64,000 nucleotides of DNA, from contig MEDX01000003.1 of assembly GCA_001724245.1 (NCBI GenBank), forward strand, positions 1 to 64,000, read 5' to 3'. Position numbers and translations under genes: made by a program. Shown here in pieces: positions 48,296 through 59,564 of this stretch. Within the stretch, counting starts at the first letter, position 1; the number at the start of each line of letters is the position of its first letter. This DNA is from Fonticula-like sp. SCN 57-25 (lineage: Eukaryota). Under the pieces are notes generated by a model, which was not told the DNA's origin, made no database searches, and worked only from the letters and a program-made list of their open reading frames with translations.

Positions 48296-51200
48296 ATGTC
48301 GAACGAAGAGTTAAAGTGCGTCGCTTGTTCCCCCGCCTCCCCCTGGGTCTCTAACACGTGCTGTTGCGCGCAGGCGTCCTCGGATGCAGCGCGAGGTCGA
48401 GAGCCTGATCCAGTTCAACCAGGTGCTCGGTGCGTACTCGTTTGCCACACCGCCTTTTCCCTTCTTGCTAATGGCATGCGCAGATGGGTTTCCCACGACG
48501 CCGCGGACGTCGCGGCAGGATGGCGCCGGCGCCGGTGTGTCGGGCGGGAGCAGCGGCAAGCGAACACGGCGGGATCGCGAGGACGACGACATGGATTCCC
48601 CGACGCTGTTCATTTCGCCGCCGGTGGGGCAGCGTCGCTTCCCTCGGAAGCTGCTGACGCGCCCCACGGGCGTGGGCATTGAGCGCATCGTGGTGTTCGT
48701 GGACCCGCTTAAGGACACGATCCCGTACTGGAACTCGGCCATGGTCGTGCCGACGGTTGAGTACGACCAGGCAATGGGCCACGCGCGGCCAGGAGAGTGC
48801 ATCGTGCGCTACTTTTCCGACCTCAAATTGTACGCTTCCCACGTGTGATATACTCGTCGCTCACCTCTCACGGCTCAGCTCGGTCATCCCCGTGTCGCGG
48901 CTGGCCGTCTTTGACGAGGAAAAGGAGCCCTACATCTCTTTCAAGCACATGGACGACTTTCAGGCCGACAAGGGCACCGTCGCGGCGCTGCGCATGCTCC
49001 GCCACGGGGTTCTGCCCAATGGCTTCAAATGGCCGCTCTGGGACGACGCGTCCGGGCCCGGCATCGAGGAGAGCGAGTCCGACCGCAAGACGGTACGCCA
49101 CCCGCGCTCACCAAACCATCTCGCACGCGCCGTTGTAACACTGTTTTGCGTTTTACAGCGCTCGGGAGGGCGGGGGTCCACCAAGCGCGGACAGGACCGC
49201 GAGGAGGCCGCCACGCCGACGCCCAAGGGCGCCGTGTCGGGGTCGGCCGGCGCAGTAGAGCTCGCCGTCGAGGACGACGTGACGGCGTTTGAGGGGCGCC
49301 TCAAGGCTCTCTTGGCGCAGCGCGACACGCCCATCAAGAAGACGCCGACTGTGGGTACGCCCGCCACTTTGGCGCGCCCTTTTTTCGTGTGGCTCACACG
49401 GGGGTACAGCGTCGCAGCCACTTGACGCCCAGCGCCTGTTTGCCGTGTACAATAATGTGATCCAGCGCGGCGGGTATGAGGAAGTGACGAGCAAGGGTCT
49501 GTGGCGGGGGGTGTACGACGACTCTGGGCTTGCCAACGTGAACACGGGCGCCGTCAACACGCTCCAGTCGCAGTACGAGCGCTACTTGCTGCCCTACGAG
49601 GAAAAGTACTTTTCACGTCGCCGTACAACGTCGATCCCGCCTGCCGGTGCATCGAGCGGGTCGGGCAAGTCGCGCTTGCCTCAAATTGGCGACCGCGTAT
49701 CGGTATTTACGCCGGCGCACGGTAAGGAGTACGCGGCAAAGATCATTGACGTGCGGGGCGACGCGGAGCCCGAGTACTTTGTTCACTATCAGGGCTGGAA
49801 CGCGCAGTGCGTCCTCCTCTCATGTGCCGCATTCCCACTATTGCTAATGTGCTTTGTTTCAGCTACGACGAGTGGGTGGCGCATTCGACTCTGCAGAGCT
49901 TCCTCGACGATGACGCAGCGATCGCCAAGCACGGGAAAGACACGCCAAAGTCGGGTTCATTGGCGCCGGCCGCCTCAGGGGCGGACGCGGCGGGCTCCAA
50001 GACGCCTCGCAAGTCAGGCGGTCAGCAGGCGCCGTCGCCCAAGGAGGAGCCGCGGCCGACCCCGTCGCGGAGGTCGCCCTCGCCGCCCGCCAGCGCCAGC
50101 AAGCGGCGCCGCACAGACGATTCGCCGGTGCGTGTCTTTTTGCATGCGTTTTTGAATTTGTCTAATGCGTTGCGTGCACAGGCTGCGTCCCCGATGCCGA
50201 CTCTTGCCCAGTTGGCGGCTCCCCCGCCGCGCCGCGCGGCAGCAATTGCCGCCGCCGCCGCTGCGAGCAGCATCACCGCGCAGGACCGTCGCAGCGTGAC
50301 ACCGCCGGACGCTGTCAAGCGCCCTCTGTCGACGCCCACGACATCGCGTCGTGGCGGGACGCCCGTCGCCTCGCGCACGCCGACTGGCCGCTCGGCTACG
50401 CCTTCTGGTGGCCGGTCGAGCCGTGCGACGCCTGGGCGCGGCGGCAGCGTTCGCGGCCGTGGGTCGGACCGCCGCGGCGACGGCAGCGACGACGACGACA
50501 ATGATGATGGTGAGGATGACGATGGCGAGAACGAGGACGGCGGCGAGAACGGCGACGCGTCGGCGGACGAGGGCCGAGACGTAAAGTCCGAGTCGCCGCT
50601 CGACGTGGACAAGGATGCGCCGGCCGCAGAGTCGACGTCGGAGAAGGACGCGGCGGCGGAGAACGACGAGAGCGACGATGACGACGACGCGTCGGCCGTG
50701 TCAAAGGGGAAGCGCCGCGGTGGGCGCCGCGGGGGCGTCAAGGAGGAGAGCGCCGAGCCCGATGCGTCACAGCAGGAGGCGGCCGGCGAGCCCGAGGACG
50801 CGGCCGCCGACGCCGCGGACGAGCAGCAGCAGCAGGCTCCCGACGCGGGCGACGCGTCTGACCACGACGATGATGATGAGGAGGCCGACGAGGAGGACGG
50901 CGACGGCGATGACGACGCCAAGGAAACGGCGGCTTCTGGCGGGAGCGCCGCGAAAAAGGCCGCGGACCGCAAGCGGCGCCGTGGCGCTTCGCGCGGGGCG
51001 CCTAAGCGCAAGAAGCGGCGGTCGAACGGCTCGTCGCAGGGCAACGCGGCGGTAGAGACGGAGGAAAAGGTCGACGAGAGCGGCGAGAACGGCAACAATG
51101 AGTCGCCCGACTCGCCTCAGAACGCGGCACCGGCGACGACGTCCGGGTCAAAGTGCGATTCATAGTATGTTGCTCTGCTCGTTTTCTGACGCGATTTTCC

Positions 51201-51494
51201 TATAGATTGGAGCATGCGACGCTGCTAGCGCTGGCGCTGCGCGTCCCTGACGACATCCGCGAAAAGCTGGCCGACCACAAGGTCGACTGGAGCGTGATGT
51301 TTCCCAAGCTCGAAGAGTGCAGTCGGGAGGAGCGAATCGACTCGATCGAGCGCAAGATGAACGAGCTCAAGGCGCAGTACAAGCGCCACCGCCAGGTCAT
51401 CGAGCGGATCGTGCGGCGCACGCAGCGCGCAAGCTCGGATTCGAGGGCGCCCGCCGCGTCGACGCTCAACTTGACGGCCGCCGTCCATGACTGA
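48296..51494 (+). CDS. ARID4: ARID4/RBBP1-like chromatin protein (PWWP-like, ARID, chromobarrel, C-terminal coiled coil)
   Basis: ARID (RDTPIKKTP...RGGYEEVT...YERYLLPYE), chromobarrel (YFVHYQGWN.HYDEWV), acidic linker, EERIDSIERKMNELKAQY tail like ARID4. Confidence 0.78.
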
Positions 51495-51679
51495 GGCGCC
51501 CGGCGCTCTTTTCTTTACCGTTTGCTGCTGCTGTTGTTACTGTCCTTGTTGTTTTCCGCTGTTTCTGTTGTCATTTTCACCATTCCCACAATAGTTACGA
51601 GAGCATTATATTTGGCCATGGCACGTCAAAAAGGGTCCTTTACGAATCATTGATGTATTGAGATATCAAAAGTTGTTCT

Positions 51680-52342
51680 TTACAGGTCGCGATAGAACGC
51701 AAAGTGCTTCAACTGCTCCGCCAAGCAGAAGCTTCCGAGCGTTGAGCGCCGGAAGGGCCTGTCGGCGCCGACGTCGCAGGACAGTGTCGTGTCGGCGCAG
51801 CACGTGCCGAGCGCATTCGTGACGTCGTCGAACGGAACCCACTCGATCTTTGTCTTTTCGAGATGCGGCGGGGACTCCATCTTGCCCCCTTCTATGTCGG
51901 AGAGCAGCTGCGCAAACCGCGCGGGCAGCTCGGGATCGTAGTCGACGGCGACAATAAACGACACGAACCGCGATCCCTTCTTGTACTCGTACACGATGTT
52001 TTTGGTGGTCGGGCTGTCCAGCACCTTGCGGACACAACCGTCCACCGTCAGATCGCCGAGCGCGCCGCCGGTCTCTTCCAGGAACTCGCGGCACGCCGTC
52101 ACGGCGGGGTTGAGCGCGTCTTCGGCTTCGCGGCCTCCGCCAAAGTCGGCCCACTTGCCAGTGTGCGAGTCGATGCCGAGCAGCACGCGCCACTGGCCAG
52201 TCGAATCACGCGCCACGGGCACGATGCTCGCGCCAATGTACGGGCCGCGCGGCTGCACAGCCTTGTACGCCATGAGCAGGAAGACGGCCGTCACGCAAAA
52301 CAGCACAAATGCCAAAAGGCGCTTCAACGGCGGTATCGTCAT
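51680..52342 (-). CDS. Nudix hydrolase with N-terminal TM/signal segment
   Basis: Intronless; GASIVPV...LLG...WADFGGGRE...TACREFLEETGG Nudix box; EKTKIEWV. Confidence 0.85.
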   Translation of the reverse strand: MTIPPLKRLLAFVLFCVTAVFLLMAYKAVQPRGPYIGASIVPVARDSTGQWRVLLGIDSHTGKWADFGGGREAEDALNPAVTACREFLEETGGALGDLTVDGCVRKVLDSPTTKNIVYEYKKGSRFVSFIVAVDYDPELPARFAQLLSDIEGGKMESPPHLEKTKIEWVPFDDVTNALGTCCADTTLSCDVGADRPFRRSTLGSFCLAEQLKHFAFYRDL

Positions 52343-52558
52343 CGCCGCAGGTGATTGCAAACGCACAATGCGCACGATGCAGGAAAAGCGCGGGAACGCC
52401 CGTTCCGGAATGAGAGATTCCGGAACGATTATGCCACCATTACGTCAGTATTTTATTATGTGGTGTGCAAAGTGTGTACAGGGGAAGGGAAAATGGATTT
52501 GGGGCAATCTCCATTGAATACATCATGCAGAGTACAAAACGAGCCACATAGAGAGTGC

Positions 52559-52910
52559 TCAAATGTTCTGCTGGAACTTGCCCTTGGCGCGCTGCGCTTC
52601 ACCAGAGATCTGCTGCGAGCGGTCGCCCGTCGCGGATCCGACGGTGGCCTTGGTGGCGCCAACGTCCTCGTTGTACGTGCCGCTAGCCGTGTTCTGAATA
52701 TTGGCCGCCTGCTGCTCGCCCTTTCCAGCGACATTCTGCGCACGTCCCTCGGCCTCGAGGCGCTCATTGCCGAAAAGGTTTCCCACAGCCTCTGGAAATG
52801 CCCAATTTAATTTAGTTGGATCGTTCTGCCGCACAGCGCGAGGATCGCGTACCCTTGGTGGCACCCTTGGCCGACTCCCACATACCGCCAACCTTGCTCG
52901 GCTCAGACAT
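52559..52910 (-). CDS. CsbD/LEA-like small stress protein
   Basis: MSEPSKVGGMWESAKGATK|EAVGNLFGNERLEAEG...GATKATVGSATGDRSQQISGEAQ; two CsbD-like repeats; minus-strand TATAAATA at 52980-52987. Confidence 0.82.
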
Positions 52911-53165
52911 TGTTGAAATTCGCTTTTTGCTGCTTGAAGAGAAACTGCAAAAGTGCAGATGCGACGCCGTGCGCGCGAGTATTTATACGAAATGAACCCT
53001 ACGTCATATTGAAAGCATAATGACTTTTGCCCCGTCCGCCCTGATTTCCAGAGGCCCCTGTCGAGGAATTCGACATGTTTCGCCCTCACCCCTTACTGAC
53101 CATCGGCTTTCATTACATTCAAAAGTAATAATCTACAGCTAAGCACAAAACCAAAGGGGCGGCGC

Positions 53166-55148
53166 TCACATGCCCAGCGTCGCGTTTTCTACAATCATTG
53201 TGAGCAGCGCCCTCTGCTTGCTCAGCCGCGCAATCTCCTCCTCCTGCATGTCCGCCCCTGGCGCGTCCACGTGCTTGCACGAAAAGAGCGACGGGCCGAG
53301 TACGACGCCAATGTTGGCCGCCGACATCTTGTTCTCCTGCGCATTATCGACCACCTTGCGCAGGTGCTGCGCAATGAACCGGAACGTCTCCTTGTTGCCC
53401 GGCGGCAGGTCCTGCAGCCGCTCGTCCACAAACGCAACATTGCCCTCCTGCGCCGCATTCAGGACGTCGTCATAGTCGCTGCGCGGGATCACGCCATCCG
53501 CGAGGTCCCGGAAAAAGACCTTGAGCGTCCCGGTGACCGCATTGATGTCGGCCGCATTGTCGTTTGTGGAAAGGTCCACGGCCTGCGCGTCAGCGTCAAA
53601 GTCCGCCTTGAGCGCGTCCACCTGGCTCTTCACCCCCGACATGCGGTAAATCCCCTCATTGTTGAGCCCTACCGCACACCATCAGGAATGCGTAAAAAAA
53701 GAAGTCCAAACGCACCTCTGCGCTCGACCTCTTCGATGCACTTTTGGACAATGATTGGCACCGTACCGCGCTCGCGGCGGAGCAGCGCACCGAGGGTGCT
53801 CGGCCGCGCGCGCTTGACGCCGGCGTCCACCTGCGGCACCGACATGGACATCATCTCGGACGTCACGTTGATCGGCTGACGGTCGACCTTTGCCGCCGAC
53901 GCGCCATACTCGGCCGCGTGCCGGCGCACGTGGTCGCGGCGGTCCATCACGGCAACCCGCATAGTAATCGAGTTGCCGAAAGAGGCCCTGCGCGCGACCT
54001 TGACGCTCTCGACGCTCCTCGCGACCTCAACGAACGCATCACGCGTCAAATCCATTCGGTCATCATGCAGCTTTAGCACAGACTAAAAGGAAAACATATT
54101 AGAATAAATACAAAAGCGGTTAAAAGTGCGTACCGAGACGAATCCAGGGAGGGATTTGCTGTAAAAGTCACCCATAAGGTCGTTCACTGTGCCCGCCTGC
54201 TCCTTGTACGACACGAGCGCCTGCGACGCCTTGCGCCGCGCGTCCGCCTCCCCACCACGCGGCTACAAAAAAGAGAGCGTGAGGAATACCATTTGATGAT
54301 ATGAGACGGCGAACCTTGAGCACGGTGCGTGCGCGCTGCAGCCCCGTGGCGGCGCCGCCGTTCTTTGGCGCGCCGGCGGCCTCGTCCGCGTCGGCCTTTG
54401 CTTCCTCCTTTGAGGCGCGGCTCCACTCTTCGCTGGACCCTTCCATTTTGCCGCGGAGGCGCGCCAGTGACGCGGCGGCATCGTCCAGTTCGCCTCTGGC
54501 CTTCTTCTCCTGCTGCTTAATGGTCTTGCGCGTCTCGTCCTGCTCGCGCACCGAAGCAATAATTTTCTCGCCTACACCTCCCACCAAAAGCGCACTGTCC
54601 AGCTCCTTTCTAGCGTCGCTTTCCATGTGCTGCAGCAGGTCGAGCCAGGAACCCTGCAGCGCGCTGTACTCGTAGTGCTTGTGGGCACGCTCACGGGCGT
54701 CCGCGATCTGCTTGATGACTGCGTTGTGCGCCTGCGCGAGCAGAGCAGAGTAGCTCTTGAACATTTGCCCAATGTCGCCGGAAAAGGCAATCTCGAGCTT
54801 GGTACGCTCGGTAAGCATGTCAAAGCCGCCCTGCGCGCTGCACAGAAGGCCGACAAGCGCATCTTCGGACTCGGGTACGGGCGCTTGGTCGTGGCCAAAA
54901 GAAGTTCCCTTGGGGGTCCACATGGGGACCGCAACATTGCGGCCGACAAGCTTACCTGCAGCCGAGGACGCGCGGTCAAAGAGCGTGCGCTTGCGCTTGA
55001 GCGCGGGGGCACGGCTCGCATGCGATTGAAAAGAGCTCTCGGACGGCGCCATCGAGATGGCGTCATCGCTCGTCCTATCCTCCGTCTGTGCGCATCAGCG
55101 GTGAGATATTGCCAATGCGTCTAAATGCGAGCGTACTCTGCGCTTCAT
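53166..55148 (-). CDS. F-BAR + RhoGAP protein (Rgd1-like)
   Basis: Micro-exon MKRR; helical F-BAR-like N-terminal half; VPIIVQKCIEEVERRG|LNNEGIYRMSG, GTLKVFFRDL and NKMSAANIGVVLGPSL RhoGAP motifs. Confidence 0.88.
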
Positions 55149-55391
55149 TGCGTAATGCAGTCAGTTTCAAGCTCGATTCGCTGTTGTTTCCCGCTAGATG
55201 TTCAAAGTATTTTTTGAATGCAGCGGCGTTGTAACGGCGCTTCATCCACCAATCACAGAACGCGTGACGTAGGCAATGACGTCACAAACAGTGGCGCACC
55301 CGTTGCGCCACTTGCCCGCCCGATTTGAATTTTCGTCCTCTCTCCCTTTGGGTGCGCACTTGCTTTTCGCCCCGAGGCCGCTACGCGAGAC

Positions 55392-57569
55392 ATGTCGCGT
55401 CTTTCTCCTGGCGCAGTGCACGCCATTTATAACAATGAGAATCCGCCGAACCCCGTCCTGCAGGTACTGAGTGTGAAGCCACTAAAGCAGGCCGGCGCGC
55501 CGGACCGTTACCGCATCATCGTGTCGGACGGAACTCACTACCAGCAGTGTACGCACAACGCCTCGCCTCCTCCTGCGATTCTGATCTTCTTTATGCGCAG
55601 GCATGCTTGCGAGCCAACTGACGCCGCTGCTAAGCCAGGGGCTCGAGAAGAATGCCCTCGTGCGCCTAACAAGGTATGCTTGCAACACGTTGCAGCGCCG
55701 GCGCATCATTGTGGCGCACGATCTGGAAGTTGTTGGCCCCGAGCCGGCCAGGATCGGCGCTCCGCAGCCAATTGAGCAGCCCGAAGGCGAGGGAGCTGAG
55801 CCCGCTGCGCAGAATGGCGCCGCTCCGGTCCACCCCCAGGCACAGCCTCAGCAGCCTCAGCAGCCGCAGCAGGCGTATCAGCGCCCGCCTCCTCAGCCTT
55901 ACCAGCAGCAGCAACAGCAGCAGCCTTACCAGCAGGCGCCGCCGCAGCAGCAACAGCCTTATCAGCAGCAGCAGCCATACCAGCAGCAGGCCGCCAATCA
56001 ACAGAATAACGCGCAGCCTGCCAGGCCTGCTGGCAACGCCCGCCCACCGTTTGCGCAGCCCAATGCTTCGTCAGCGAGCGCCAACATGCCTCGCTCGGCC
56101 AATGTTGCTTCTAATGTGCCCTCGCGTTTGCCGACGTACGCCGAGGACGAGCCGCCGGTCATTTTCCCCATCAAGTCCCTCAACGCGTACTCACATCGGT
56201 GCGCTCCTTGTTCTCTGCAATGGGTTTATTCTTACCGTGCTTTAGCTGGACGATCCGGGCGCGTGTGACAAACAAGACGTCAATTCGCACATGGCAGAAC
56301 GCCCAGAAAGAGGGCAAGCTTTTCAATGTTGATCTGCTCGACGAGTCTGTACGTCTTTGACTTTGCCGGGTTCTCTTGCTAATGTGTTCGTTTTAGGGCG
56401 AGATCCGCGCCACTTTTTTTAATGAGGACGTTGATGTCTTCTTCCCCCTTCTCGAAGTGAACAAGGTGTACTATATTTCCAAGGGCGCCGTCAAGCAGAG
56501 CCGGCGGCAGTACGGCCCGAACCCGTACGAAATGACGCTCGGCCGCGACGCCGCCATCATGGAGTGCCGCGACAACCTCTCGAGCGTCCCCTCGATCATG
56601 TACAACTTTGTCGCCATCAACCAGCTCATGTCGGTGCCCAAGGACTCTATCGTGGACGTTGTCGCTGTTGTGCGCGCCGCTGAAGAGCCCGCGACCATCA
56701 TTGCCAAGACGACGCAGAAGCAGCTGACCAAGCGCAATGTGACGCTGGCGGACCAGACCGGGTGCTCGGTGAGCCTGACGCTGTGGAACCAGGACGCGAC
56801 GGGCTTCCCCGACGACAAGGTCGGCCAGATCGTCGCTATCAAGGGGACGCGCACGTCCGACTTTGGCGGCGTCACGCTGAACGGCGGCACGCTGCAGTTC
56901 AACCCCGACATCCCCGAGGCGCACGTGCTGCGCGGCTGGTTCGACAGCCAGGGCGGCGCGGCGTCCTTTTCGTCGCTCTCCGAAGGGCGGTCGGGCGGCG
57001 CGAGCTCTGGCCCGCGGCGCTTCATCGACGACATTCGCGCGATGCACCTCGGCACCGGCGAGCAGCCCGACTTTTTCCAGGTGCAGGCGGCCGTGATGCT
57101 CATCAAGAGCGACAGCAAGATCATGTACCCCGGCTGCCCCGAGCCCAACTGCAAGCACAAGGTGACCGACATGGGCCCGAACCAGTGGCACTGCGAGCAC
57201 TGCCAAAAGACGTTCCCCAACTGCCTGCAGCGCTACTGCCTCGGCTTTAGCATCGTCGACATGACGGGGCTCACGTGGGTGTCGTCCTTCCACGAGGTTG
57301 GCTGCGACATTATGGGCGTCACCGCCGACGAGCTCGACGCGTGGCGGTCAACGAACCCAGAGGCGTTTGATGCGGCGCTCCAGGCGGCGCACCACAGGCG
57401 CTTCATCTTTACGCTCCGCGCAAAGCAGGAGACGTACAATGACGACACGCGCGTCAAGATCAACGTCCTGCGGGTCGCGCCGGTCGACCCAGTAAAGGAA
57501 TCGGCAAGTCTTATCGGAGAGATCCGCAAGCTCATGAGCGCGCCCGTTGCGCAGCAGATGGCATACTGA
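55392..57569 (+). CDS. RPA1: Replication protein A 70 kDa subunit
   Basis: [11 protein letters not shown]-rich linker, [41 protein letters not shown]...CEHC zinc finger. Confidence 0.97.
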
Positions 57570-57674
57570 AAACTATATCTAGTATTTGAGCGCCGTTCGC
57601 GTGCTGTTGTTGTTTTTCTTTCTATTATGCTAGCGTGAAAATATTACAATCATTATTTAATTGCGCTTGTCCGG

Positions 57675-58898
57675 TCATTTGTCGGGGTGCACGTGCACCA
57701 GCTCGTCCACAAAGTCGGCGCTGCCGGCGCAGCTCGCGATGCAGCTGTACACGAGCACGGTGCCAAATTCGGGCTCGGTCTGCGCGGCGGCCTCGTCGGC
57801 GTCGCGGATGCCGCCAAAGAGCAGTGCAATTGTCGCGGGCATGAGCTGCAGCTCAAACATGCGTGCGCCGCCGCAGCTCGCGCACGGCGCAGGAATGCGT
57901 GGCGTTAGCGAGGGGTGCGAGTGGAACTTTAGCGGCTTTTCAGACTCGTCCGTCGCATATCTGCAGGAACAATCAGCATCAGAAAAGAGACAGGAAAGAT
58001 GACAAAAAAGAGATAAAAGACAACAGAGACAAGAAAAACAACGAAAGACTATGCCTAGCATCGCACCTCATGCACTGTCTTGGGTATGCGCTCACGCGCG
58101 CGGTAAACTTTATGAGCGCGTCGTCAACACTCCCCTCGCCCTGCGCCACCTTTTCATATCCTTCTCCCTCCCAGTCGCCCGACTCTGGCGCGTCCACGCT
58201 GCCGTGCTCGCGCTCGTACTCGCGCAGCAGCCGCATCTCGTGCTCGGTCGGCGCGTCCAGATCCGCCGCCTCCGCCACCGAAAACAGTTCATAGCACGTG
58301 TCTAGGTACGCCACATGGGCGCCGTGGTGCTTTTCGCCTTCGTCGAGCGAAAGGGCGGCGAGGGCGGCGGCGGTGCCTTTGCTCGACGTCGCCGGCTGCG
58401 CGGACAGCGCATTGTCACGCGCCGCCAGCAGCGCCTCAAACTCGGCATCATCATTAAAGTCGTTCGTCGCGGCGGCTGAGCCATCGCCGCCCCACTCGTC
58501 GGCCACTTCCCACTCGTCGACCTTGGCTGGCGCGGGGGCGGCGGGCGGGGGAGCAGGGCGCGATGTCCCCGCAGCCGCCGTCTGGGATCGGAGCGCGCGC
58601 CATCCCCTAGGGACACATTAGCCAATGACAAAAAGCACAATGGGACGCACCGGCTGTCGCGAGAGCACTGCGCACGCGTGCACGCCAAGAGATGGATCAC
58701 GCGATGGCTACTGCCATCGACCGGCGCGTACGCCTGCAGCATGAGGCGCATCGGCCCGCCGCATGAGCGGCACACCACATGGTCGGATGAAAAGGAGCGA
58801 CCGCAGAAGGAGGGCGGTCCGCCGATGCGCGTTGAGGTCACGGGGAGGCGAGCGCCGCGCGGCGAGGGCGATGCCGCCGCCACGCCAAGGATCACCAT
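57675..58898 (-). CDS. PDCD2L: PDCD2L/Tsr4 (uS5 chaperone)
   Basis: RIGGPP, C..CGGPM.L.LQAYAP, GEGYEK, P.QCMRY, CASCGGARMFELQLMP and EFGTVLVYSC..SC motifs. Confidence 0.9.
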
Positions 58899-58959
58899 GC
58901 ACGGACTGCCGGCGTGGGCGCTGTCCTGTCAGCAAATCAAAGCAAAACTAAAAAAAAAA

Positions 58960-59044
58960 TGGCGACGCCGACAGGATTCGAACCTGTGCGTGGTGACCAC
59001 AACAGATTTCTAGTCTGTCTCCTTAACCGCTCGGACACGGCGTC
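58960..59044 (-). tRNA. tRNA-Ser(AGA), copy 1, with genomic CCA
   Basis: GACGCCG acceptor stem, ACAGA-CT[AGA]AA-TCTGT anticodon arm, long variable arm, GGTTCGAATCC T-loop, G73, CCA, then a T-run terminator. Confidence 0.97.
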
Positions 59045-59417
59045 TAGTCTGCGTTGACGCGACAATAAAGTCGTTCTGTATCACTCCTTTAGTGGAACTC
59101 AAAGAGGTAGCTCGCCGAGGGCGCGCGCGCATGCATAGCGGCTCATTAGCGCAAAAGTAGACGAGCCAAAGGGATAGCTTAACGTGCAGCGGGCTCGGGG
59201 GACCAGTTTTCATCACTAAAAAGCCTTGTTAGGGCTAACTGATATATCCCTACAGCCCAAAATTTGCGATGTTGCTGTACGTAGCGCAACGGCGTCGTTG
59301 TGCAAAACAGAAAAAGAGGCACTGTCTTTGTTAGATGCCTATATGCTTGTTTCGGTCCTTTCTGTTACCTCCTCTTTTGACCTATACACAGTACGACCGG
59401 ACCAAAAGAAAAAAAAA

Positions 59418-59502
59418 TGGCGACGCCGACAGGATTCGAACCTGTGCGTGGTGACCACAACAGATTTCTAGTCTGTCTCCTTAACCGCTCGGACACGGCG
59501 TC
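59418..59502 (-). tRNA. tRNA-Ser(AGA), copy 2 (identical)
   Basis: Identical 85 nt to copy 1, followed by a T-run; flanks are unrelated. Confidence 0.97.
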
Positions 59503-59564
59503 CATGAAGGCCATCAAAGAAATTGGTTAAAGTACCTTTCGCAGCTTATAATTGCGCGGTGTTG

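Noticed and set aside
55840..56010. CAG-rich repeat tract
   Set aside because: Encodes the Q/P-rich flexible linker of RPA1; ordinary low complexity.
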